Assembly: GCF_009914755.1 (NCBI RefSeq)
Contig: NC_060925.1
Direction: 5' to 3' (one strand)
From: the human T2T-CHM13v2.0 reference genome, Homo sapiens
DNA length: 64,000 bases
Shown here one piece after another: positions 1 through 20,300 of this stretch. How positions within the stretch are numbered: position 1 is the stretch's first letter; each line of letters begins with the position of its first letter. The translations under genes and the position numbers were made by a program. The notes beneath the pieces were generated by a model. That model was given only the letters and a program-made list of their open reading frames with translations, searched no databases and was not told the origin of the DNA.

Positions 1-462
1 CTTTCTTTTCCTCCCCTTTTTTCTCTCTATCTTTTGCTCTCTTCCTCTTTTACACAGGTGGTGGGCCTGGGAGCCAGCCGGTGAGTGGGCAAGAGTGTAG
101 GTGAACACCCTGCATGGGAACTTCAGGTCTTTTGCGAGCTGATGTGCTGTCATTGTTGTATTTTATATGCATTTCTTAACCATGGAACATGTATGAAACT
201 GTGCTGCCATTTTTATTAGGTTCCAAGGTTGTTAACGTCACTAATGAAGTTTTCGAGTATTCTACTCCTAACCTGGTTTTCCTGGTAAGCCCTGTGGTTT
301 TATTGCTGCAGTGATTTTTAGGAACGCCTGTTGCAATCCCCAGAACCTATCACATTTCAGTAATAGATATCAGCACAGCCACAGTAATCATCAGTTTTCA
401 TTAGGCCCACCTGTTTCTCCCTGGCATCATTTAAGTTAGGAAGAAAGTGATCTGCCAGTACT

Positions 463-760
463 GGCCAGGTGTGGTTGCTCACGCCTGTAATCCCAGCACT
501 TTGGTGAGGCTGAAGCAGGCAGATCGCTTGAGCTCAGGAGTTCAAGACCAGCCTGGGCAATATAGCGAAACCCCGTCTCTACCAAAAATACAAAAATTAG
601 CTGGGCATGGTGGCGCACTCCTGTGGTCCCAGCTACTCAGGAGGCTGGAGTGAGAGGATCAATTGTGACCTGGAAGTTGAGGCTGCGAGCCGACATCATG
701 CCACTGCACTCCAGCCTGGGTGACAGAGTGAGACCCTGTCTCAAAAATAAATAAATAAGA
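463..760 (+). mobile_element. Alu (AluJ/S-like)
   Basis: GGCCAGGTGTGG...dimer with A-rich linker and tail. Confidence 0.95.
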
Positions 761-2545
761 AGGAAAGAGGTCTTCCAGTGCCATCCTTGAGAAGACTGGC
801 ATCTAGGCCACAGGGACTGAGGGCTGCTGGCCACTTCATGGTGGGACTAGCTTTGCCTCCCTGCAGAAAGCCAGGGATGCCCCCGCCAGGCCCTTCTCAA
901 AGCATCACTTGCTGCACATCTCCTGAGCCGCCACTTGCTCTCAGGAGCCCTTGGCTTCTTGCACACTAAAAACCACACACCGTCATCCATTTAGGCGGCA
1001 AAAGTTACCTTCTGACAGCAAATGCTGAGCCAGGGGATGCCCTAGAAAGCAGGGTAACTGGAAGGCCACACGTGGAAACGAGGAAGTCAGGTTGTGCAGG
1101 TTCATTTGGGGCAGATTCAACAGAGCACTGAACATCCAGAGGAGTTTAAGGTGGGGATGGAGTCTTGCTACATTGCCCAGGCTGGTCTCAAACTCCTGGC
1201 CTCAAACCATCCCCCTGCCTCAGCCTCCCAAAGTGCTGGGATTACAGATGTGAGTCACTGCGCCCAGTGTGAGGGTTTTGACACAGAAATCATATGCAAG
1301 TTAGAGGTGACCAAAATAAGCACAAAAGAGACCTTTCTAGAAGCAGCTGGCTGAGGAATATTCTGTGGGCCTGACTTCCTAAATCTCCCACGTGCCTTGT
1401 GGGAAGACAGTTGGTGTTCTGCCTGTCCAGGGAAGTGTGTAGGTCTCAGAAAATCTGGAGTGGGGTCTTAGCAAGCTGCTTCTACCCTAATCTCATTTTC
1501 TGAAACTCCTATGGGTAGCAAAAGCCATCCATGTCCCCTGGACACAAAATTCAGGTCCTGAATGTAATTTCTCACCACACAACCAGAAGCAGCTTCCTGT
1601 GTTTTTCACGATTAAATAAATAATTACGTGAGCAGCCCCAATGTACGATGTAGGTCCGCAGACAGGGACAACTGGGCTAAGACATAGAGGAGGCTGGAAG
1701 AGCAGGCCTGGCTCCAGCCCGTCACACTAGCTTGGAGAGACAGGCTGGATTCTTAGGCAATGAGAAGCCAATGAGTGTTTGGTGGCATAAGGAGAGTTGT
1801 ACTCTGCGATGAATACTCTGTCAGCATGATTTGGGAGAAATTAGAGAAGAAATGACATGAAAAATGGAAGCATGCAGGAGAAAGTTGAAGACTCCAATAC
1901 ATGACAGGGACAGACTCAGAAAGGTTGGGGAACTGAGGAGGTGACGCGTAAGGAAGAGGAGAACATGGTGGCCCTAAGTGTACTCCATTCAGCTCTAAGG
2001 CACAAAGCATGCCTGACAAACAGCCCCAGATGCTGGCCTCTGGGGCCACCGCTGCATCACGCTGAGGCCCCACGTCCCTGAGCCCGGTGAGGGTGCTGGG
2101 GCAAGCCCATTCCTGTAGGATGCCTGCTCCTCTCTTGGGTGATCTGCTAAGCAGGCCTCAATGGCCCAGCCCAATCTTTCCTAGATCCACGTTGCAGGCT
2201 GTGGGTCCTCCCACCAATCTTCCTGCCCTTTTCTCCTTCCCCAAGGCTGAAGGATCTCCCTGCCTCCTGGCCTGCTCCTTCCCCTTTATCCTTCATAGGT
2301 CTGAGAACAGGGAAGAGGTTTTGGGACTGGCTGACTCACTGCCCTGCAGGCGAGGGGGACCGTTACATCTATGCCATTTACAGTGTGTGATGCATAGACT
2401 ATCTCATCTGATCACCACAGTGGCCCTGTGGGCTACCTACCACAGACTCCACTATACCAGTAAGGAAACCGAGGCTGGGGGTATTTCAATAGTCTCCCAA
2501 GGTCTCACAGCTAATACATGGCATAGCTAAGACTAGTATGCAATC

Positions 2546-3494
<949 letters not shown>

Positions 3495-5067
3495 TAAAAA
3501 GCATCAGCAGTGAGTATTGCTCTTTCTCTGTAGGACTTCCTTCCTCAAATCCTCTTTCCCAAAGTGGGATTGCTGGGTGAAAGGCTGTGAACATTTTGAT
3601 GGCCTTCGATTGTATTGCTATTGTTGGGAATGTGGGCAAGGGGAGTCCAGAGAGGTAGGACATGAGCAAATCACCACCAACACCAGAGATATAATAGGCA
3701 TGCCTTTCCACCTTCCTACGGGTCCAGCTCCAAACCCCCTCCTGCAAAAATCTTTCCCCAACCTGCACCGCCCCCACCCCGTACAATTAATCCTTCCTTT
3801 GCCTTCACCCTATTATACCAATGGTTGTAACAATGCCTCATCTAGTCTGCAAACTCTTTATTGTACAATGTATCTCTACAATCTCGTGTAATCTGCAGGA
3901 GTATCTTTATGTCTCATTTTACAAATGAGGACACTGAGAATCAGAGTAATTGCCTTGTTCAAGGACACTCAGTCAGCAAGAGGCAATGCCAGCTCTTCAC
4001 ATACAGAGTTCTTTTCATTGCAGAGCTGTGAAACAGTGACTCAAATCCACAGTGAACTTTCTGTCTTTGTCTGAAGAGGTTCCTGCACCCAGAGTTGGAG
4101 ATACTTACATTTGAGATAATGCTGACGTCTCCTCCTGGCCAGGCAGCCTCTTCAGCTTTCAGAAAACTCTATCAGGGCGAGGGATGTGCTTTCTTCCAGA
4201 GCAGTCATTCTCAGCAGAGTAGACTGAACCGTGAGGAGACAGGGAGGAGGAGGGAGGGGAGAATGGTGAATCAGAATTACTTTTTGCAAATTCTGATAAG
4301 CCTGGGCATGTGTCAGGCTCTAAGGAGGGGTGAGGAGGGAAAGGCAGGTTGAAACTTGAAAGAAAATCTGATAAGCACCCTAGATAGAGAATCTTTGATC
4401 GAAGCTGAAGATCTGCTGGAGGTCAGCATCGGGCTTTCTATCCTGGTTCCTGGCAGGACAATTCCCGTCACAATGCGATTTCCTGGATATAGCCCATTTA
4501 ATTCTGATTACAAACTAGCCATTCCTTATGCAGGAACAAAGGTATGAGGATAAACAAAATGTAAACCCAGACAATGCAAACAGATAAAGGAAGGACCTTT
4601 GCACCCACTCTTTGTTCTAATGCTGGGAAGAAACTTGTACAGCACCTTGTCGCATGTCCTACTAATAATGGCTGAATGGCCAAGTGGGAAAAGATCTGGT
4701 GTAGAAACCATGCCAACAAATTTGAAAACCATCAGATGCTGTGACATGAACAGTTTGTTAAAAGATGCACCGGCAGTATCCTCTGTATTTACCTAGTGAG
4801 GGACTTCTGGGAAATCCTCCTTCTTTTCTTCATCTGCTGCCTGGGATGCAGATGTGGTCACTGGAACTCCAGCAGCCAACTTGAACCATGAGGCACACTT
4901 GGGGAGGGTGCTGCAGTGATCTGCAGGGATCCTCAAGGACAGCACGGAGCTGTCCTCACCGCCTGAGCTACTGACTTCTGGACTCTTATTCCCTGAGACA
5001 AGGATCATAGTAAAGGACCAAGCTTAACACCTTCACAGGACAAATCACAGAAAGGGAGTCCCTTCTA

Positions 5068-5600
<533 letters not shown>

Positions 5601-6016
5601 AAAAACAATCAACCTCTCATAGCTGATGGCACAAGCCTCCCTTGCAGGGCACATGCTGATTCTCCACCTTTCCAATGCTTGAGCGTTAACAGAAAATAAA
5701 TATAGTAAGTAAATTTTATGATCTATAAGAAAAGCTGAGTGCTCTGGGGAAAATAGAGAGTTGTAGGGGGTTGGGAATGTGGGGAGAGGCAGGAAATGTG
5801 AAATTTTAAATAAAGGGATCAGAGAAAACCTCACTGAGAAGGTGGCAACTAAGCAAAGTCTAAAAGGAAGTTAAGGAATGAGCCATGAAGCTACGCAGGG
5901 GAAGAGTGTTCCAGGCAGAGGGAAGTCAGTGCAAAGGCCCTGGGGCAGGAGCAAAGCTGGTATGTTGGGGGCAGGGAGGCTAGAGCCAGAGTCACAGGGG
6001 AGTAGTAGGCGAGGTC

Positions 6017-6472
6017 AGTGTGTGTGTGTATGTATGTGGTGTGTGTATGTGACGTGTGTGCATGTGAGCATAAGTGTGTGTGTGGTGCATATGTGTACAC
6101 GTGTCTGGTGTGTGCATATGTGTGCTGTATGTACATGTGGAGGGTGCATGTGTGTGGTGTATGTGTGTGCTGCATGAATGTGTATACGGTGTGTCTATAT
6201 GTGTGGTGTGTATGTGCATGTGTGAGGTGTCTGGGTGTGTGGTGTATGTGTGTGTAGGGCGTATGTATGTGAATGTGTATGTGAGTGTAAGTGGTACATG
6301 TACATGTATATGTGTATATGTATGTGAATGATGTGCACAAGTGTGGTATAGATAGGTAAATATGTATATGTACATATGAATGGTGTATGTATGTGTGTTG
6401 TGCCTGTGTGCATGTGTGGTGTGTGCTTGTGGTGTGCATGATTTGTGTGTGTGTGTGTGTGTGTGTGTGTTT
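6017..6472 (+). repeat. Degenerate (TG)n/TG-rich low-complexity tract
   Basis: Direct inspection; ends in pure (TG)n. Confidence 0.95.
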
Positions 6473-8039
6473 ACTTGGTGTTTGGGGAGTGGGGAGGGGG
6501 TGGCTATTGGAAGGGCATATTCCTGGCAACATGGTTTGTGTGTGTGTGTGTGTTTACTTGGTGTTTGGGGAGTGGGCAGGGGAATGACGATTGGAAGGGC
6601 ATATTCCTGGCATCACCTGGTCTCTGAACTCTCCCATTTCCAAGCCTGATTCCATCTTGCTCCTCCCTCTTAAGAAAGAATCTGATATCAGCTGCTGTTA
6701 AGATCATTCTATCTGATTCTCTCAGGTCTGTACCATGACTTAACCTAGGCCTATCAGTGCTCCTGGCCCATGCAGAAAAGCCAGAGGTGGGAATACAAAC
6801 CAAGCAGTGGGGTCTCAGTTTTCAGGAAGAGTTTAAAGCTCCATTGGATCATTCACGCAACCTCTCTGATTTGAAATAAGAGCGGGGGAAAATGAAGGTT
6901 TTCTAATTCAAAATTAAAGGTTCTGGCTTTAAAAGAACCAAGTGGGAGAGGGTTGGGTGCTTTTGGTGGTTGTTTTTCAGGACCGGAAGTACTGGAGGAA
7001 GGAAAATTAACAATTTCTTGAAAAAGGAAAGACGTCATCATCCCCTGCCAATCAACATGGATCAACAGGAAGAGGACATGGGGGGCTCCTCTCTGTTTGA
7101 GAGCATCCCAGGTGCCGTTTCCAGGCTGGCTGTGCCTCAGCTTGCCTGAATTCAGGCATAAGAGGATGATTTCTATGCTGAAATACAAACAGAAAGGGAC
7201 GTAGGGAGCTGGGCCCCTATTCATTCGTGTCATGGTCCTCAGCTGTCTCCAGTCTGCCCATCCCCGCCCGACCTCCATACCACCATTGAGGGAGTTTCTG
7301 GAAATGAAATCTGATCAGTTATCCTATTTCAGTGAATCCCAGAATTTTGGACTCCCTGGGCCTGTGAAAGTTTAAATGGAAACTGAAGGCACTGACAGAA
7401 TGCCCAGCTTTTTATTGTCACCATCATTTGATTAATGACCAGATGTTTAAACATCAAAATACAGGAATAGCACAGTGTCAGAATCAAAGACAGTCCTTTT
7501 AATTGAATATGGTTCACTCTATGAAAAATTTGCTTTAGATAAATTATATACATCTATATAATTATAGATGTAATGTATGATTATATGTATATGTAATTAT
7601 GTTATATAATAATATGTAATTATAATATATGTAATCTTTAACAATTTTGCCACAGACTCATGAAAACTTTGTCATAGACAACAGCTGTTCCGGGCAGAGG
7701 GAAGTCATAGACAACAGCTGGCCCCAGGGCTGTGCTTACAAGGGGCCCCTGGCCCATGGAGCAATCCTGGGCTCCCAATGGGGTGAGAGGGACCCTTGCC
7801 AGCCCCTCACTCCCCACCTCACACTCCTGCCCCACTCACAGGTTCCTGAGCCTTGTGTTGTCTCGTGCCTCCTTGTCCCAGTCAGTCCCTTCTGCCTGGA
7901 TGCCCTTCTCCTCCTCTTAGCCTTTATGTAATCTCCTACTCAACTCTTAAAACTCTGCTTAGTTATTACCTTCTCTGTCGAGTTTCGTTTTTCTTCTGCA
8001 CCTAAGAAGACAGAATTGCTCACTCATGCCTTAGAATGG

Positions 8040-8741
8040 CGTCTTAGTCTGTTTTGTGTTGCTACAACAGAATACCCGAGACTGGGTAATGTATAAACAA
8101 CAGAAATGTATTTTTCACCATTCTGGAGGCTGGGAAGTCCAAGGTCAAGGCATCAGCATCTGGTGTGGGGCTTCTTGCTGTGTCCTCACATGGCAGAAGG
8201 TGGAAGGGCAAGAGAGGATGAACGCTTTGTCCTCACATGGTGGAAGAGCAGAAGAGAGAAAGCCCACTCCCACAAACACCCCCCTCCTTTTTTTTTTTTT
8301 TTTTTTTCTTAGCAGAGTCTCACTGTATTGCCCAGGCTGGAGTCCAGTGGCATGATCTCAGCTTACTGCCATCTCTGCCTCTCGCTGCAAGTGATTCTCC
8401 TGCCTCAGCCTCCAGATTAGCTGGGATTACAGGTGCCCACCACCATGCCTGGCTAATTTTTGTACTTTTAGTAGAGACAGGGTTTGGCCATGTTGGCCAA
8501 GCGTGTCTCAAACTCCTGGCCTCAAGTGATCCACCTGCCTCAGCCTCCCAGAGTACTAGGATTACAGGCATGAGCCACCACACCTGGCCACAAGCCCTTT
8601 TTATGTTGGCATTAATCCATTCATGAGGGCAGAGCCCTCATGGCTTAAACACCTCGGCTAGGAACCACTTCCCCACATTATTGCATTGGGGATTACATTT
8701 TCATCATATGGATTTGGGGGGACACATTCAGACCATAGACA
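8040..8741 (-). mobile_element. MaLR LTR (MST/MLT1A-like) interrupted by an Alu (8289-8589)
   Basis: GTCTTAGTCTGTTTTGTGTTGCT...TTCTGGAGGCTGGGAAGTCCAAGGTCAAGG...CACATTCAGACCATAG. Confidence 0.75.
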
Positions 8742-9073
8742 TGGTATCACTTTCCCTTCCCCCCATCCCTTGCAATTTTAATCATTTTGATGAACTGTTC
8801 TCTGTTTTCCCCCTCTGGTTTCAGGCGTCTTTGCAACCTAGACCCTGGTGCACAGCCCGGAATCCCAGTGCTCCTGGTGCGCCATTGCCAATAGTAACCA
8901 CAGAAGCTAGAGTGTGGAACGCAGTGAGTCTAGAGTCCTGGCATCCAGAGCCTGGGTGGGAACTCAGGGTGGGCTGGGAACAGGCAAACGAACATCTCTC
9001 CTGGCTGCTCGGGCCGTGGCTGGAGGGGAGTGGGCTTCCATCATGGAGTCCTGAAGCCCTGCTTCTGCCCTGA

Positions 9074-9840
<767 letters not shown>

Positions 9841-10001
9841 GAAATGCTTACCAAACTGAACTGTTGTTGAGCAGAAACCACCCTGTTCAAAGCAAAGTTT
9901 ACTTCTTGAAAATGACTCATACATGAGCCAAGTGATAACAAAACAATTTCCCTGTGCAGTTCACATCAAGTACTTCAGGGGGGACCAAGTCATTCATCTC
10001 A

Positions 10002-13873
<3,872 letters not shown>

Positions 13874-14553
13874 TAAATCAGCTTTATGGAGGTACAATTT
13901 ACATACAATAAAATTTGCCAAACTTTAGTATGTAATTTGCTACATTTTAACAAATGTGGACAGCTTTGTAGCCAGCACTAGAATCATGATATGAAACATT
14001 TTCATCACCCCTAAAAGATCCCTCATTTACAGCCAATCCCTTTTTTCCATCCCAGCCCTGCCAGCCGCGGATCCACTTTCTGTGGCTATCATTTTGTTTC
14101 TAGAATTTCATATGAATGGAGTCTTACAGTATGTGATCTTCTGTGTCTGACAGATTCACCCATGTTGTTACGTGTATGTGTACTTCATTCTTGTTTTTAT
14201 TTGCTGATGAGCATTTTATGACTTGTTTCATTCACAAGTTGATGGACATTTGGGTTATTTCCAGTTTTTACCTATCACAAATAAAGCTGCTATGAATGTT
14301 CCTGTACAAGTTTATGTGAATACATGTTTTCATTTCTCTTGGGTAAACATTTAGGTGTAGGATGGCTGGGCTATATAGGTGGTGTATATTGAAATATATG
14401 AGAAATTGCCAAACTGTTTTCCAAAGTGAGTATATCATTGTGCATTCCCAACAGCTATCTATGGGAGTTCCAGTGGCTCCACATCCTTGCCAACATGATC
14501 AGTCTTTTTCATTTTCGCCATTTTAGTGGATATGTAGACATATTTCATTGTGA

Positions 14554-15784
<1,231 letters not shown>

Positions 15785-15872
15785 ACAGTGTACTTTGAAG
15801 AGCAAAAGTTTTAAATTTTGATGATGACCCATTTATTGATTGCTTTTTATGAATTGTGCTTTTAGAGTCATT

Positions 15873-16432
15873 TGTATTAACTACATTTTCTTATTTTTGA
15901 TATTGTTGATGCTCTGACATCTGAGACCTTGCTGAGCCAAGAGGGGCTGCCCCTCCCAGGCGGGGTAAGCTAATTCCCAGAGATAGCAAAGGACATGCCT
16001 GCAAGCATGCCTTCCATATGCAAACCAATCAATCCAGAGCTCACACCCCCAGCCACTTCCCTTAGTGGGTTCCCACACTCTGGGCCACTATCTACCTGCC
16101 CTAGTCACCCCAGAACCTGGTACCAGACAACTAGGGACAGTCCCTGTGACCCAGAGCCACCAAATTGTTCAAACTGCCCAATACTAACCCTGACTAGCCT
16201 GCTTATATTGCATCATCTATTTCTTCCCATGAAAACCATGATAAAGGCTCCTGCCCCCAGGTCCCATCACCCCAGCCTGCTGTCTTACCTGAGTACTTCT
16301 CCCTGTGGCCCTGCATGGAGTGCCATGCCTCCTGTCTCTAGGGACTGAGTATAACAAAAACCTTTTCCTTTATACCAATTATTTTCATATCTGCATGTCT
16401 TACCATACCCAATTAAAACAAATCTCAAATAC
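15873..16432 (+). mobile_element. Old ERV LTR (MER54/MER74-like) nested in L1
   Basis: Compositional switch within the L1; motif CTGCCCCTCCCAGG...GCTAATTCCCAGAGATAGCAAA recalled from ERVL-class MER LTRs. Confidence 0.4.
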
Positions 16433-16506
16433 AATTAAAACTCACTTCTGAGAAATCTTTGCCTAACCCAACCTCGCAAAGATTTTCTACATGTTTTCTT
16501 CTAGAA

Positions 16507-16713
16507 CAGAGGTCACCAAGCTACGGCCTGTGGGCCAGTGGCTTGTTTTTCTAAATAAGGTTTTACTGGATTATGGCCATACTCTTCATTTTTGTAATGT
16601 TTATGGCTGCTTTTGTGCTATGACAGAGTTAAGTAGTCATGACAGAGACCACATGGCCCATAAGCCTAAACATCTGCTACCTCGCCCTTTAAGAAAAAGT
16701 AAGATGACCTCTG
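16507..16713 (+). mobile_element. MER58A (hAT-Charlie DNA transposon)
   Basis: CAGAGGTC...CTACGGCCTGTGGGCC...GACAGAGACCACATGGCCC...GACCTCTG, terminal inverted repeats CAGAGGTC/GACCTCTG. Confidence 0.8.
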
Positions 16714-17392
16714 TTTTAAAAATATTATAGTTTTAGTTCTTACATTTAGGTCTGAGACCCTTTCTGAGTTAAACATTTTTATGATGTGAAGTAAAAGTTA
16801 AGGATATTTTTGTGTATGAACATCCACTTCATCCACAAAGCAGCAATGTTTCTTTTTCAAAAAAGACCATCTTTCCATGTTGAATTATGTTGGTCGTCAT
16901 CAAAAATTAATTGACCATGTAGCTGTTTCTCAACTTTTTATTCTGTTCCATTGATCTTCGTGTCTATTCTTCTACCAATACCACCCTGTCACGTCTATTG
17001 TATCTTTCTAGTAAATCTTAAAATTGGGTAACATAAGCTCTCCATTTCCAGTTTCTGGAAAAATTTGTGTAGAATTTGTTGTAAATAAATTTTTGGTGCT
17101 GCAAAAGAAATAGCACTCAAACATAAGTTTAATTTTCTCAGCAAGGCAATTTTACTTCTCTAGAAGGGTGCGACTCGCAGATGGAGCAATGGCCAGAGCA
17201 CACCTGAACAAGGGAGGGGAAGGGGTTCTGATTCCTGACACAGGTAGCCCCTACTGATGCGTCGTTCCCGTATCGGCTAGGGTTGGACTGCACAGTCTAA
17301 GCTAATTCCGATTGGCTACTTTAAAGAGAGCAGGGGTATGAGCCAGAGTGGCGGGGTGAGTAGTTTGGTGGGAAGGGTGGTTACAGAACAGG

Positions 17393-20300
17393 TGACTCAG
17401 GATGATTCAGGTCAGAGCAGGCGGCCAGGGGTGACTCAGAATGGAGCAGGTGGCCAGGGGTGACTCAGAATGGAACAGGTGGCCAGGGGTGACTCAGAAT
17501 GGAGCAGGCGGCCAGGGGTGACTCAGAATGGAGCAGGTGACCAGGGGTGACTCAGAATGGAGCAGGCGGCCAGGGGTGACTCAGAATGGAGCAGGCGGCC
17601 AGGGGTGACTCAGAATGGAGCAGGCGGCCAGGGGTGACTCAGAATGGAGCAGGTGGCCAGGGGTGACTCAGAATGGAGCAGGTGGCCAGGGGTGACTCAG
17701 AATGGAGCAGGCGGCCAGGGGTGACTCAGAATGGAGCAGGTGGCCAGGGGTGACTCAGAATGGAGCAGGCGGCCAGGGGTGACTCAGAATGGAGCAGGTG
17801 GCCAGGGGTGACTCAGAATGGAGCAGGTGGCCAGGGGTGACTCAGAATGGAGCAGGTGGCCAGGGGTGACTCAGAATGGAGCAGGTGGCCAGGGGTGACT
17901 CAGAATGGAGCAGGTGACCAGGGGTGACTCAGAATGGAGCAGGTGGCCAGGGGTGACTCAGAATGGAGCAGGCGGCCAGGGGTGACTCAGAATGGAGCAG
18001 GTGGCCAGGGGTGACTCAGAATGGAGCAGGTGGCCAGGGGTGACTCAGAATGGAGCAGGTGGCCAGGGGTGACTCAGAATGGAGCAGGTGACCAGGGGTG
18101 ACTCAGAATGGAGCAGGTGGCCAGGGGTGACTCAGAATGGAGCAGGTGGCCAGGGGTGACTCAGAATGGAGCAGGTGACCAGGGGTGACTCAGAATGGAG
18201 CAGGCGGCCAGGGGTGACTCAGAATGGAGCAGGTGACCAGGGGTGACTCAGAATGGAGCAGGTGACCAGGGGTGACTCAGAATGGAGCAGGCGACCAGGG
18301 GTGACTCAGAATGGAGCAGGCGGCCAGGGGTGACTCAGAATGGAGCAGGTGGCCAGGGGTGACTCAGAATGGAGCAGGTGGCCAGGGGTGACTCAGAATG
18401 GAGCAGGTGACCAGGGGTGACTCAGAATGGAGCAGGTGACCAGGGGTGACTCAGAATGGAGCAGGCGACCAGGGGTGACTCAGAATGGAGCAGGCGGCCA
18501 GGGGTGACTCAGAATGGAGCAGGTGGCCAGGGGTGACTCAGAATGGAGCAGGTGGCCAGGGGTGACTCAGAATGGAACAGGTGACCAGGGGTGACTCAGA
18601 ATGGAGCAGGTGACCAGGGGTGACTCAGAATGGAGCAGGCGACCAGGGGTGACTCAGAATGGAGCAGGCGGCCAGGGGTGACTCAGAATGGAGCAGGTGG
18701 CCAGGGGTGACTCAGAATGGAGCAGGTGGCCAGGGGTGACTCAGAATGGAGCAGGTGACCAGGGGTGACTCAGAATGGAGCAGGTGACCAGGGGTGACTC
18801 AGAATGGAGCAGGTGACCAGGGGTGACTCAGAATGGAGCAGGCGGCCAGGGGTGACTCAGAATGGAGCAGGTGGCCAGGGGTGACTCAGAATGGAGCAGG
18901 TGGCCAGGGGTGACTCAGAATGGAGCAGGTGACCAGGGGTGACTCAGAATGGAGCAGGCGACCAGGGGTGACTCAGAATGGAGCAGGTGACCAGGGGTGA
19001 CTCAGAATGGAGCAGGCGGCCAGGGGTGACTCAGAATGGAGCAGGCGGCCAGGGGTGACTCAGAATGGAGCAGGCGGCCAGGGGTGACTCAGAATGGAGC
19101 AGGCGGCCAGGGGTGACTCAGAATGGAGCAGGCGGCCAGGGGTGACTCAGAATGGAGCAGGTGACCAGGGGTGACTCAGAATGGAGCAGGCGGCCAGGGG
19201 TGACTCAGAATGGAGCAGGTGGCCAGGGGTGACTCAGAATGGAGCAGGTGGCCAGGGGTGACTCAGAATGGAGCAGGTGACCAGGGGTGACTCAGAATGG
19301 AGCAGGTGACCAGGGGTGACTCAGAATGGAGCAGGTGACCAGGGGTGACTCAGAATGGAGCAGGCGGCCAGGGGTGACTCAGAATGGAGCAGGTGGCCAG
19401 GGGTGACTCAGAATGGAGCAGGCGACCAGGGGTGACTCAGAATGGAGCAGGTGACCAGGGGTGACTCAGAATGGAGCAGGCGGCCAGGGGTGACTCAGAA
19501 TGGAGCAGGCGGCCAGGGGTGACTCAGAATGGAGCAGGTGACCAGGGGTGACTCAGAATGGAGCAGGTGACCAGGGGTGACTCAGAATGGAGCAGGCGGC
19601 CAGGGGTGACTCAGAATGGAGCAGGCGGCCAGGGGTGACTCAGAATGGAGCAGGTGGCCAGGGGTGACTCAGAATGGAGCAGGTGACCAGGGGTGACTCA
19701 GAATGGAGCAGGTGACCAGGGGTGACTCAGAATGGAGCAGGCGGCCAGGGGTGACTCAGAATGGAGCAGGTGACCAGGGGTGACTCAGAATGGAGCAGGT
19801 GGCCAGGGGTGACTCAGAATGGAGCAGGTGGCCAGGGGTGACTCAGAATGGAGCAGGCGGCCAGGGGTGACTCAGAATGGAGCAGGTGGCCAGGGGTGAC
19901 TCAGAATGGAGCAGGTGGCCAGGGGTGACTCAGAATGGAGCAGGTGGCCAGGGGTGACTCAGAATGGAGCAGGTGGCCAGGGGTGACTCAGAATGGAGCA
20001 GGTGACCAGGGGTGACTCAGAATGGAGCAGGTGGCCAGGGGTGACTCAGAATGGAGCAGGCGGCCAGGGGTGACTCAGAATGGAGCAGGTGGCCAGGGGT
20101 GACTCAGAATGGAGCAGGCGGCCAGGGGTGACTCAGAATGGAGCAGGTGGCCAGGGGTGACTCAGAATGGAGCAGGTGGCCAGGGGTGACTCAGAATGGA
20201 GCAGGTGGCCAGGGGTGACTCAGAATGGAGCAGGTGGCCAGGGGTGACTCAGAATGGAGCAGGTGACCAGGGGTGACTCAGAATGGAGCAGGTGGCCAGG

